In this document: positions 1 to 12,306 of the stretch, piece after piece
How the letters are laid out: each line of letters starts with the position of its first letter
Position numbering within the stretch: the stretch's first letter is position 1
Source: Macrostomum lignano
Lineage: Eukaryota
Direction of reading: 5' to 3'
NCBI GenBank assembly: GCA_002269645.1
Contig: NIVC01002996.1
Span: forward strand, 62,001 to 126,000
DNA: 64,000 bases
Made by a program: the position numbers and the translations under genes
Notes under the pieces: model-generated
The model's input: the letters and a program-made list of their open reading frames with translations, nothing else
The model's database searches: none
Told to the model about the DNA's origin: nothing

Positions 1-92
1 CGATACGGATTTGTGGTAAAAATTTCTGTGTAATAATGCTAATTAACGAGATAAAATAATGAAGCAAAGCAATGCAGAGAAAAGCAGCTCAC

Positions 93-227
93 CACCACCA
101 GGAGCAGAGAAAGCCAGGCGGATCGCCCAGGGTGATGCTCTTGTCCCAGTGAATCTCTGACAGAAAAGTCTGTGCAGACTTCTGCGCCCCGATGTGCACC
201 AGGTATTCATAGACATAAAGAGCAAGC
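93..227 (-). CDS. SSBP3: SSBP/SSDP-family coding exon 2; the gene continues beyond the left window edge
   Basis: [44 protein letters not shown] is the SSDP LisH/LUFS signature. TTGCAG acceptor and GTGAGC donor. Confidence 0.9.
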
Positions 228-2417
228 CTGCAATGTGCAATCATGAGTAGGATAAAATCCAAGTCAATACAATCCAAGATATAAAATTTTCTAAGAAAGC
301 ATTTCATCTGGTTTTATTTGTAAATTTAATCCAATTCAACTTTTTTGGTCAAAATGGAAAATTTTTTTATGGTATTTAAAAATACTTATTGATGCTGAGC
401 AATACCTTCTGTAAGCCAAGTTGAAATAAATTTCATTTAATAAACAAAACAAAAATTAAAGCAAAATATGATTATCATGTTTGAGCTTACATCTATGCTA
501 AAGTCAAATGAGCCTAGTTTTTTAAGTCAATCTCAAGTCAAGAAATAATAACAAAATTTTAGTAGTCAAATTATGCTCAAATAGTTGTGCTTGGCTATTA
601 TTAGACTATATAATTATAATACATTATATATATACTTCAATAAAAGTTATAAACAAAGTATTACTTGATTTATGTGGAAGCAGTACTATGTTTCTAGGAA
701 TGACTAGTTTAAAATAAGTGCAAAATATATATTTATTATAATGTACAAAATATTCTCAATTTGTAAAATTTGTTAAAATACACACAATTTGTCTAGTATA
801 AATAAGAGTAGAATTTAGGAAGAAAGAACTAACCTTGAGCTAAGTTGCTCAAGCTTGCTAAAGCAAGTTAAATAAATTACTAAGCTTGTTAACTCATGTT
901 TCAGTTCAATAAATTCATTCTCAGACTTAAGTGTTATTCATTTATAGTAAAAGAGATTCCAAGGAGAAACAAGTTTAAAGAAATCTGCTAAAGAGGATTG
1001 GAAAACTTATGCAAAGACATACTAAGAGTACACTGTGACCCTCTCATCTTAGTAATGCCCAGACTAGAGAATTGTACATATACCATAAGACTGCTTAGGC
1101 TTATCAGAATTATACCAAGATGCTATCACAGCGCACTCTCAAATCTATTACACAGTACATTGGAAAAGTGACCCCCTTCACTAATATTTTAAGTTTATAC
1201 TAGAAAAACAAAAGTTACTTGTAGTATATATGCTAGACATTATCAAAAAAGTTGCAACAATAAAGGACCTTTCTTTCTTGCATTACAACATTTTGGTCTT
1301 TTGTATGCCAACAACTATGCCACTATATATAGGCTCTGTGGTGCAATTTTCTAGTAGAATGTTCCCTATACCAGATATTTTATACTAACCCTTTTTCTAT
1401 ATCTATTCTACAACAGAATTTTCTAGCATATATATATAAGACTTAGGAGTGGGAGTGGGATGCTTTCAGAATTAACCCATAGTTTGGAAGGCAATATGCA
1501 TGCTAGGAGGGTATTTGCCATTTTTCAACATATTATCAACATATATCCTCAGCATACATGACACATTAGAAAATTTTTGGCTTACATCTGTGGTATATTT
1601 GCATACATATTAGAATCAAATAAATTCACTTTATGTAAAATATGCTGCATGCAATACTATGATCTATCAACATGAAACAAGGAATAATATTTCCTTGTTT
1701 AAAAACTTTTTCTCAATTTTATGCAAATTAAAATTATTTAAATTACTTTTTTTATAATTGTCTTTTCTCAATGCACATTACAAAAGTGCATAATTTTTAA
1801 GTTTGTCACTCTTCATGAATAATGAATTTTCCCCCACTAGACCTGGTATACACTAATATATGATCCAAACTATAGACTAACACATTACTGAATTATACTA
1901 AGATGCTTGTTAAAACTATACCGAGATGCTTCTAGAACTATATGCTATTAGAAATATGCTGGGACTTATGCAAAGATCATAATAGCATAAGCCAGAACAA
2001 AAATTTAGGAAACAATCTGTATATTGATCAATATCAATATCACTATTAACATTATAATATAACCCTATTATTATAATTAGGCCTTTTTCAACTAAATTTT
2101 TAAACTTTCAATGCATTTTTTATTTCTAATAATATTTGATGTTTGCATATTCAGGCTGCAACAGCAAAAATTAGTTTTGTTAATGACAGCATCAAAAAAT
2201 TCTAATGAACTTATTTAGTTTTATGAAGTTTTATCTTCATATCTTCATCTATTAAACTTGCAGAAAATGTAACTATGAAGCGACTATAAACAAATAATAA
2301 TAAAGTCATGAATTCCTAAGGATAGCCTCCTTAACAAAGACATGCGGCCTAATGTCGAGTGGATTGTTAAATTAGGCCTACATACTAATAGAACAAGCAA
2401 GACACAAGAACACTTAC

Positions 2418-2473
2418 TTTTCTTGAGCCTGGGCATCAGATGGTACACTGTTTGCTTTACCTTTGGCATACAT
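2418..2473 (-). CDS. SSBP3: SSBP/SSDP-family (LisH/LUFS) transcription cofactor, coding exon 1
   Basis: Translates MYAKGKANSVPSDAQAQE(K), then a GTAAGT donor in phase 2, matching the phase of exon 93-227. Resembles the SSBP2/3/4 N-terminus; the paralog symbol is nominal. Confidence 0.85.
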
Positions 2474-3194
2474 TTATTATTGTTACTAATAATTGATGTT
2501 TATCCTAATGAAATATTCCTGATTAATCACACCAACTATCTCAACTTGACTAGCGAGCGCACTTGACTTGAATATTTGAAAAAAAGTAGTCCGTCTGCCC
2601 AAGGATCCATGAAAAATGAATCGAAAACGAAAAGTTAAAAAACAAAAAACACAAACTTTTTTATGTAATGGCTAGGGATACAAAGAAAATTAATTATGAT
2701 TGAAAATCTATGAATAAAATGCATATAGTTTGATTTTTGTTGCTATGGTAGTATAATATATTAAAAAGTTTGTTTTAACATCATCCGTGTCTTTTGGATA
2801 TTGTCTTTATATATATAATCTAATAGAAATTTTCACACTATGGGTTGTTTTGTGCATTTCGATAAGAAGAAATAAATGTATATTTCGATCTGGACGGCCA
2901 GTCCGATTTGAAACGAGGCAAACAATGCTACTCTCCCGACATTACCGTTATAGCTGCTGTTTGGCTTTTATTGATCGTCGTTATTGATCTGGTATTGAAA
3001 AGACCAGTCAAGTCCATTCATTTTTTAATATTATTGTATCAAGTTAAAAATGTTCAACAAGCTTTACCAAAATGAAGCACTTATATCATAAAATAATCCG
3101 AAACTCTATGCATAGCAGAAAGCAGGAACACCAGCTCAAGTGATGATATATAGGACAGCACTTGGCAATTTACTCTCTCGCATTCCGATCAGGC

Positions 3195-3240
3195 GCTGGC
3201 TTTGTCCCCCCCCCCCACAAAATCTATGGCGACGCCCTTG
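3195..3240. mobile_element. Solo end of a GC-rich MITE
   Basis: ggctttgtccccc...aaaatctatggcgacgccc is nearly identical to the right end of the element at 11230-11270. Confidence 0.55.
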
Positions 3241-4088
3241 ATTCCGATTACTTGCAGTACTATATAGCCTGACAAAAACGATACGACGCATTTTTCTGGG
3301 CCATCGATTTCTGTTATCTAAAATAGCTACTGAAATTATCATATTGTACACTTCCCCACAAAAGGTATAACAAAGCTATGCAATAAAAGATTAACAGAAT
3401 GGCGCGAAACGCGTGCTTAACATTAGCAGCCTGTCTGACATTATATTTTCAATAATAAATAACGAACCAAAACTTATTTGGCGTGTGCGCGCTATGTTAC
3501 AGGGTGGCATCAGTTCCAGTGCATCAGGTTGTTGCGAGCTGGACACAGCAGATTTAATTGGTGTTTAATCTATTGCACTCGAAACAATAGCAGGAATCAG
3601 TTGGTAAGTGGCCGGGCATTGCGCGCCAGTGGGTCAGAGGGTCATAATTAACAAGCAAGCCTATTTTACAAGGAACACAAAGACAATCATCAGAGAACTG
3701 CAAAATCTCGCGACTGGACTTGACAATAGACTGTGTGACAGCAGAATTTGACAACAAAGGTGCACAGAACACAAACAGTTCACTGTGACAAAATATGCAG
3801 CATCAACTATTTCGGTAAAGCAGTTGTATAAAATATATGTAGCATGTGCCTGTGCAAACAAGCGACAGGCATTTGCAGGCAAAAGATTCTTTTAAAAATT
3901 AGCCAATTTTAGAGCAATGGGAGCCGCTTGAGTGCCGCAATCTCAACTTCAACTCAGCAAACTGCGTGCGACACAATTAGCGTTACAAAAAAAGAGATTT
4001 CTTGTGCAAAAGCTGTCACGGGTCAGGGGAACTAACATCTCTGATGCCTCCTTTCCACCATCAGTGTCAGGGACAAGCCGTCAGTCGG

Positions 4089-5642
4089 TCACTCGGCAGC
4101 GCCAACGGGGCTGCCATTCCGCAGCTGTTCCGGCTCCGACTTCAGCTCGCCGCGGCTGCCGGCCGCCGTCCAGATTGGCGGCGACGCTGATGGCGAGTCG
4201 CTGGCGCCACCGCCGCTGCTGCTCATCGACACCGCGGCCGCGGCGGCTGCTGCTGCGGCTGCGGCGGCCGAAGGCTTGAGGCCGGCCGCCCACATCTGCT
4301 GTAGACCGGCCATGGGCACCATAGACGGGAAGCAGCCCAGGTGGCCGGAGTGCGGCAGCAGCGTTTGCTGATGCTGCGAGCCGGCCAGCAGGGCCTCGGC
4401 CGACGGGCTGTGGGCGGGCGCTGGCCTCAGCGAGAAGTGCATCTTCAGGTGCGACATGATGTTGCTGACCACCGGGTACCGGTTCTTGGCCACGGAGAAG
4501 CGCACCGCGGAGGTGCGGTCCCGCTTCACCTTGCACAGGTGGCAGTGGTACACCCCCGACACCCGGCGGCCGCCGTCCTCGCCGCCAGGCTGCACCTCCA
4601 ACTGAATGTCAAAGTCGACGCCCTCGGTGAGCTGGGCGGAGTCGAACTGCTTGGAGCTGAGCCTCAGCACGGAGGCAGCCGACCTGGCCCGCAGTTTCTC
4701 CAGGTCCACATCGCCGCCACAGCTGATGCCGAAGTCCGCCAGCATCAGCGCCTGGGAGCCGTCGGGCGGGGAGCCCGCAACGCCGTTGCCACCGCCGCCG
4801 GTGCCTCCAACAGCTGCGCCAGCGGTCGAGGTGTCGCCGGAGACCGACGACGGCGTTTCGTCTGGAGTCAGCGGAGCCCGCGGCTGGGATGGCGGCGGCG
4901 GCTGCTGGGGTTGATGGTGATGAAGACGCAGAGGCTGAGTTACAGGCAGCTGAGCCTGCTGAGTCGGGGAGCTTTGCTGCTGTTGCTGCTGTCTTCTAGC
5001 AGATGTAACTTGCAGCTGCTGCTGCTGTTGCTGCTTGCTAGTGAAGGCAGGCAATCCCAACGGGTGCGATTGAAGATGATGATGCTGTTGCTGCTGCTGT
5101 TGTTGCTGCTGCTGCTGTTGGATCTGGCTGAAGAAATCCGAGATGCCGCCAGCGCCAACGCCGCCACCGCCGCCGCCCGCCATTACCGGCAGGGGCGGCA
5201 GGGGGAAGCCGCAGAGGGCGGGGTGGCCGCCGAGGCCCATGCAGGCCGCCAGGAGCTGCTGCTGCGCCTCCGCTGACAGGGCCTCCAGCCCGGTGCTCAG
5301 CTGCGGCTGCGGCGGACTCTCGGACTCAGACTCGGTCTGCGTGGCCTTGTCCAGCCGCTCCCGTAGTCCCTGTACGCCCACCAGGATGCCCTTCCTCGTC
5401 CCGGCCGGGAAGCGGAACTGGTCCGGACAGTCGGCGAAAATCTGGCCGACGTAGGCGACCCGCTCTTCCTGCGGCATCAGCTGACAGGCGTCGCGGACGA
5501 AGCGCTCAACGTTGTCGATCTCGGCGTCCGTCAGGCCCTGCAGGACGCGGGCGTTGGCGTAGCCGCAGAGCTCCAGGCAGTTGATGGCGGCGCTGGACTG
5601 GCCGGTGTAGCGGCCTAGCAGCTCTCGGCAGGTGTCGTCCAT
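4089..5642 (-). CDS. Single-exon polyQ/polyA protein (517 aa) with an N-terminal helical domain and a BED-like C-x2-C-x27-H-x3-H zinc finger; probable transcription regulator
   Basis: Long open frame with GC-rich codons. CCCGCC-ATG at 5642 follows a pyrimidine-rich CAG acceptor. Zinc finger YHCHLCK...SNIMSHLKMH; Q, A and G homopolymer tracts. Confidence 0.75.
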   Translation of the reverse strand: MDDTCRELLGRYTGQSSAAINCLELCGYANARVLQGLTDAEIDNVERFVRDACQLMPQEERVAYVGQIFADCPDQFRFPAGTRKGILVGVQGLRERLDKATQTESESESPPQPQLSTGLEALSAEAQQQLLAACMGLGGHPALCGFPLPPLPVMAGGGGGGVGAGGISDFFSQIQQQQQQQQQQQQHHHLQSHPLGLPAFTSKQQQQQQLQVTSARRQQQQQQSSPTQQAQLPVTQPLRLHHHQPQQPPPPSQPRAPLTPDETPSSVSGDTSTAGAAVGGTGGGGNGVAGSPPDGSQALMLADFGISCGGDVDLEKLRARSAASVLRLSSKQFDSAQLTEGVDFDIQLEVQPGGEDGGRRVSGVYHCHLCKVKRDRTSAVRFSVAKNRYPVVSNIMSHLKMHFSLRPAPAHSPSAEALLAGSQHQQTLLPHSGHLGCFPSMVPMAGLQQMWAAGLKPSAAAAAAAAAAAAVSMSSSGGGASDSPSASPPIWTAAGSRGELKSEPEQLRNGSPVGAAE

Positions 5643-5719
5643 GGCGGGCTGTACGGGGTGAGAGGATTTGAGGGGGCATCTTTGTTTGCGCTCTGCGATG
5701 TAATAAAATAAATTTTCAT

Positions 5720-5878
5720 CCCACAACCAGCGCTGACTCCTGCAGAGCACATGCAAGTGCGCGGACACTGTACACAGGCATGCACTCATTCACACGCTCA
5801 CACAAGGTGTACAGTGGTCCGGACTTACTAATCATCAGGCATGTACACTCTCAGTGCCTTGGGGCTGGCTCTCTCGTC
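5720..5878 (-). mobile_element. Diverged internal fragment of the SINE family at 31682-32045
   Basis: By-eye alignment to about 31765-31910 (gtgcgcggac..., tgtacagtgg, ggcatgtacact, gccttgggg, ggctctc). Confidence 0.55.
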
Positions 5879-8800
5879 AAACTACGCTCGTAGAACTCTC
5901 AGAACCGGGGGGGGGGATCTGGACACCCCCAATTTTTGCTGGGATCTCGGGATTTCCGGGGCCGAAATCCCAGTCCTGTAGGACAGGGAATGGCAAGCTC
6001 CGGCACGCGAAGCCTCTATCCGGCCCTCGGGTTCTATGAAACTTCACAATGGGCATTAGCAATCCGGCCCGATCAAAGTTTGTATCTCTTCTCAGCTCTC
6101 TTCTCTCTCTATCATGCGCAAGCGATGCGTCTGAGTGCAGATTCGAACCCGAGATCGCCACTGCGCTATACTCTGCTGCGATCGCTGCGTGTAAATAGCA
6201 CTAATGAGGGAGACAGCGGCTTAATGACAAAGCAAAACTTAATACAGGACTTGAGACAACTTTGGCGGCAGAACTAAAAATATACCCGGATGAGCTGTTC
6301 CGTGCGTCAGTGAGCAACCGAGCAGCTGATTTATTGTTACAAAAGCGTCTTCTAGAAGCAAGCGGGCCGGTCAGGTTATAATTAGGCAAGACTGAGATTA
6401 CAGGCCTCACAGCTGCGGTGTTCTAAAAAAATCTTGCAAAAGACAATCCAGGCGAAAAAAGATTTTTTTAACATTTTCAGATGTCTCGCTATTAAAATAG
6501 CAGAATACATGTTTGCGGACAGGCAGCGGGAGCTGGCCTGGGAGCTGCGCAATACGAACTGTGGATCTGCGACATCAAGATAGATGATTATCCCCCCCCC
6601 ACCTTCGAGCTGCTCCGAATGTTTTGCGCGCAGCCGCCGTCTACCTGCGGACCCCTCGCCCATAACTACCTGGCTAATAAGCAAACTTTCAATGGGGATC
6701 TGTGCACATCAATAATTGGGCATATGATGGAGCTGCGTCACGCAGGCTGCTGCAGAGTCTCGAGGCCAGCTCAAACTCGCCCCCCCCCCAATTTGATTTG
6801 ATGGAGCAAAAAAATGGAACACAAATTCGCCTCGGCGGCGGCTGCAAAAACATCCCTGAACTGGGTATGGCGCTTATTCTCATCCCATTTCTCTTCAACT
6901 CACCCCCCAAAAAACTCGAGCTAGGCTATAGGGGGTGGCCAGCGCATGTAATAAATTCTGAGCAAAATCGCATGACAACCCGAGCGGGTTTAATTATTAG
7001 ATTTACTGACTGACTGCCTGAGCTCGGCGGAGGGTGGGGTGGGGGCGCCGCATAGGGAGGGAGTTATCCGGCATAATCACTCACTAACGGTAATAATAAT
7101 TACAGCCTCGGTATTATATTAATTATAGTTGAGGCAGGACCGATCGGAGAGGGGGGGTTGCGGCCACTGCGGCGCGCTTAATTACCATGTAGTTGATTGG
7201 ATTTTTTGCCTGGGCCCACAGAGAGCGAATGTGTGTGTGTGCGCGCACACAGCAGAGCGACCTTGCGACTAGAAATTGTTATAACTAGCTCTAAGCCAGT
7301 GCAGTCACACAGAGCTCAGCCATCATCTTCTAGGCCTGCAGTGCTTGTTCAGTGGCTCCGAGCTGGATGGAGTGCTGCTGCTCCAGCTGAGTGAGTCAGC
7401 TGCCACTCGGTCCCTGATCCACTACAGCAACTTAACCGAGCCACTAACTGCTCTGAGTTGTAAGCTCGGGCGCAGTTTGCTAGTAATTATATGACTCCAG
7501 TGACAAACTCGAAGTCATTATATTATTATATACTAAGTGGAATTAACTCAATTTGAGCCTAACAAAACCGAAATTCGAGTTTGTTTATCTGTGGCGCATT
7601 TCTATTCAGCCACAAATTATCGCTCGAAATTGAATTCAAATTGGCTCCAATTCGTAGAAAGCCAACAATTACGGGAATGCAAAGCCGGAAGAAATTTGAT
7701 AATAAAATAATGTGATCGATAGTTGTACAATAAATGCCTGAGGCTGAGCAAATGAGCTTAGCGGAGACTGGTGGATCATTCTTCATCACATTACGCATAA
7801 AGGTTGCGGCCGCATCAACTTTGCTTGGCCGAACATTCGAAATCTAATTGGTGCTCTGCACAAGTTTTTGGTCTTCCTTCCTACAAGGAGCTCTTTGCTC
7901 ATCGCATTGCTCTCACGGCCAATGCAAAGCAATGACTTGCATAGTAAAAGGCGCAGGCCCAGGGGCGCATGTTTGTGTGCTAGCTGGAGTGACTTAATTT
8001 AATTAGCTCTTTGTCTGCCTTCTGTGCCTGTCTTTCGGGCCCTGCTTGCAAAGCAGTTTTGCACTGCCTCTGACTCGGCTCCTCTCCCTCTCTCTCCCCT
8101 CGCTTCTTTGGGTTCGAATTCGGGAGAGAGAGAATTGACTAAAACCTTTTCAGTTCGGTTCGGCCCGTCTCACTCCGCCGCGAGTTTTATTATTCAATTT
8201 ATTACTGGTTATTGGAGTTAGTCATGGCCGCGGCGGAGGGGGGGGAGTTCGGGCGGGGAATTTGATTAATTCCCTCTTTCTCCTCTCCCGAGCGCGATGG
8301 GGGGTTTTTATTACCTAATTTATATTTGCATATGCCAGGCCTCGCATGTTTATCAGGGGGGTCGGGCGCGTGGGAATGGGGAGGGCGGCCCTACAGATCC
8401 CCCCAGTCCCATGTTGGCAATATTCTGGAGCCCCAAACAATTTTATAGGGCCCCAGGCCAGGCATCTGGGATCTGATCGGCTCTGGCAGGGATGAAACTG
8501 AATAAGGATTTCAAATATAGTTGAACTGACTGATTTCAGTTTGAGGTCAGGGAATTTTTAATGGCTAAGGTGTACCGCCCGGCCTGCAGTTCAAGTTGAA
8601 GGACCTGCAGTGATATGAAGGACGAGCGCGGTCCCAGCCTCCTTCACTGGCCCTCCATCAATTTATTGGGGTAGCTGTGTGTGTTTACTAAGAAGTTGTG
8701 CAGCAAGGGGATTTTCTAATGGCATTACACCGGCTCCCCTTGACTCCCGATTCCTCTGGCACTGAATGAAGGCTTACCACGGCTGGGGGTGGCCGGTTCC

Positions 8801-10191
8801 AAGCAATAAGTTGCGGCACTAAAGTTAATATGACCAGCCACTAACCCCCCCCCCCCCCCAACAGACCACTTCCCAAACTGCTAATAACAAAGGCAGATCT
8901 GTAGAAGAAGGAATTCCAAAATCTGTTTGACTGACACTGTCTAAATCTGCTTTTTTGACTGACTGCTTTTTTATCAATAGAGCCGAATGAGTAATTGGGG
9001 CCTCTCCATATGCAATGCAACTCAATAATCAGTTCACAGTATGGCGGAGACTTACCGTTTGCAAGTGTGAGAAATTCCTGTTGTCGAGTTTGCAAAATTG
9101 CAACTGGCTGGCTTCTACTATCTAAAATTGAAAGCACTTGCCCAATTCTTTACTCAGCAAAATTCGCGCTCAAGGGCACCTGTCACTGACTAAGCAATAT
9201 TGATTGATTGATTGGTTGGTTGTCTGATTGATTTTTCAAAGCTGCAGATTTCAAATCGGCAAATTTGTTGGCTTGTGAAAGCAGAAAGGTGCCTTAATAT
9301 CAAAATATTACGGGCGAGCGATGACCAGCTTGAAACTTAATGAAAGAGTGAGTGAGTCAGAGAGTCAGAGGGAAGTTTTGGTTAATATCGGGGCGCCCCC
9401 CGGGGCCAATGACTCGGCCAAAACCCCCCTCTCCCTGTTTTTAACAAATAGCAAACCAGTGAACAGTGAGTGGCGGGGTGGCGGCCCTATTGGAATTGGA
9501 AATGATAGCGAGAGGCCGCACGCACTGTACAAATTCAATATATCAGTTGGTGCGGATGGGGGAGAGGGGCAGGGAGTTTGGATTGAAGGCGGGGTGGGGC
9601 GCGAATGACTAAAAAGAAGACTCGAATTAATGGCTGTGGGGGCCGGGGGTGTCTGCCTGTGTGCGCCCCGAACTGAGGGCTCCGGAGGGGGTTGGGCAGA
9701 GGCTGTCCAAGTAAGTGTCTTTCGAATCCCGGGATTTCGAAGGCTTGACAGGCCTGACTGGGAAACATACTAAGGCAATAAAGAATTCGAAGAAAATGGA
9801 ATAAATGATTGAATGAGTGAGTCAGCGCGATTGGGTTCGGGGGGGGGCTGGCCAACGTGTTTGTTCAGCTCGAATTGGCCCAATGAAAGCCGCGGGTCTC
9901 CCCATCCCCCTCTTCCCCGCTGCATCCCAGAGCATCAGCCACCATCCGGTCGGCCGACATGGCGCACCAGATGGGGCCGACTGTGATTAAGGGGGGGGGG
10001 AGTTAAGCTGGGCCAAGGAGAGCCAGTTCCACAGCCTGGAGTGGCATTCTAGTAAAAAAATCAGTTAGTCTTGACAGAATTTAAAATAAAACAATAAACT
10101 TTCTCTTCAATGTCTAACTATTTTGATGTTGAAAATTCCGGAAATGGGTCAAAGGATCTGCAGCGCAGACTCTTCCAGCTCCATGACTTGC

Positions 10192-11270
10192 AGGGACGTC
10201 GCCACCAGGGGGGGGGGACAGGGGGACATGTCCCCTCAGTAAAGTCTATGGGGGCACATGCCAGTGTTTGTTCGTTATGGAAATCAATAATTTTGCTTCA
10301 GGGCGACAAAATATAGCGCCTGCGGGCTGCGGCACTAAAACGAGTTCCTGCGGCGCCAAAATGAGTATCTGCGGCGCCAAAATGAGTGTCTGCGGCGCCA
10401 AAATGAGTGTCTGCGGCGCCAAAATGAGTATCTGCGGCGCCAAAATGATTGTCTGCGGCGCCAAAATGAGTGTCTGCGGCGCCAAAATGAGTGTCTGCGG
10501 AGCCAAAATGAATGCCTGCGGCGCCAAAATGAGTGTCTGCGGAGCCAAAATGAATGCCTGCGGCGCCAAAATGAGTGTCTGCGGAGCCAAAATGAATGCC
10601 TGCGGCGCCAAAATGAGTGCCTGCGGCGCCAAAATGAGTGTCTGCGGAGCCAAAATGAATGCCTGCGGCGCCAAAATGAGTGTCTGCGGAGCCAAAATGA
10701 GTATCTGCGGCGCCAAAATGAGTATCTGCGGAGCCAAAATGAATGCCTGCGGCGCCAAAATGAGTATCTGCGGCACTAAAATGAGTGTCTGCGGAGCCAA
10801 AATGAATGCCTGCGGCGCCAAAATGAATGCCTGCGGCGCCAAAATGAATGCCTGTGGAGCCAAAATGAATGCCTGCGGCGCCAAAATGAATGCCTGCGGC
10901 GCCAAAATGAATGCCTGCGGCGCCAAAATGAATGCCTGCGGCGCCAAAATGAATGCCTGCGGCGCCAAAATGAATGCCTGCGGCGCCAAAATGAATGCCT
11001 GCGGCGCCAAAATGAGTGCCTGCGGCGCCAAAATGAGTGCCTGTGGCACCAAAATGAGTGCCTGCGGCGCCAAAATGAGTGCCTGCGGCGCCAAAATGAG
11101 TGTCTGCGGCGCCAAAATGAGTGTCTGCGGCGCCAAAATGAGTGCCTGCGGCGCCAAAATGAGCGCTGACAACACCGATTCTGACAATAATGTACATGTA
11201 GGAATTTAGACAAGTACATGTAGAATTCTTGGCTTTGTCCCCCCGCCATAAAATCCATGGCGACGCCCCT
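10192..11270. mobile_element. GC-rich MITE carrying an internal 21-bp satellite
   Basis: Inverted termini agggacgtcgcca / tggcgacgcccct with subterminal polyG/polyC. No clear TSD. Confidence 0.6.
10345..11162. repeat. 21-bp minisatellite (gcggcgccaaaatgagtgtct and variants), about 39 units
   Basis: Direct reading; it produces 7-aa periodic ORFs on both strands. Confidence 0.95.
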
Positions 11271-12306
11271 CGGCACTCCAGAATGCGGCTCTGGACCTCC
11301 TTGACCTGCCGGGGGTGAGGCAGGCAGGGAACCAACCCGGGGGTCTGCGCTAAGACGCAAATCTGTTCGCTCCCATCCCACAGTTCCAGCAGCGATGGGG
11401 AAGAGAGGAGCGACCCCCCGGCCCTCCCGGCCTTGCCCTCTCTTATTAGTAAAACTTGGAAAATGAATAAATTACTAGGGGCTCGGGAGGACGGGGACAG
11501 CGTCAGGGAAGGAGGGCTGAAAAGCCCTGGGAAGGAATCGGGGGGGATTTCAGTTAGTTAGCTAAGCCTAAGGAAATAAGGGAATTGATTGAAGTGAATA
11601 AGTAATAAAATGCAGAGCAGCGAGGCCGACATGGTGCGGCCTGAGCCCACTCACTCACTCAACTACACTCCTTGCTCACTTCCCAAATGCTGCCCACCCA
11701 GCCAGTGAGATCTGGGGATTTTTATTTTTGGGAAAGAGAGCAAGCAGATCTGGTGTACCAAGTGGATGGGCTGCTGTGGCTACACTTTCACTTTAACTGG
11801 AACTCAACTCTCTAAACTCTCAAGCCCTCAGATCCCTCTCGATCGCCCTCCCCGCGTCCCTGTCTCTCCCTGCTCAATCGGGCCAGTTGCCACTGCAGGC
11901 TTCGGCTCGCTTATGGGTGGTTATTTGCAAAAATTGCAACTAGCGCTGTCCTCTTGCTGCTTTTGCTGGCCTGCAGGGAGTGGGGGGAGTTGAGACTGCG
12001 GTGCTCGATCGCTGCATGCTGCAGTGGCGAAATCAGGACTAAGGGCAAAGGAAATCTACAAGTTCGCTTCTGCGACAAGTGTGTTGTTGCTTGCAAAGCA
12101 GATGTAGAAGATTAGAAATGCAACAATGTGAATTTGACTCAGACTGAACTCTCATCTGTTGCTGTTGACAAGACAAGCTCGGGTTAATAAGGGTTAGCCA
12201 GCTTATTTAAAAAATGTTGCATGTAGATAAATAAAATATTGGATTGCTCCAAAACATTCTTTAGCGTGAAAGGAAACTTCAGGAAATCTTGACATTGGAA
12301 ACAGAT

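Noticed and set aside
4081-5454. Overlapping ORFs antisense to or out of frame with the zinc-finger gene; likewise those over OPA1, TTC36 and NDUFAF8 exons
   Set aside because: Shadow ORFs caused by GC-rich codon usage, with no recognisable motifs.
5643-5789. 49-aa N-terminal extension of the 566-aa ORF
   Set aside because: It runs through an AT-rich acceptor region into a SINE fragment; the ATG at 5642 has better context.
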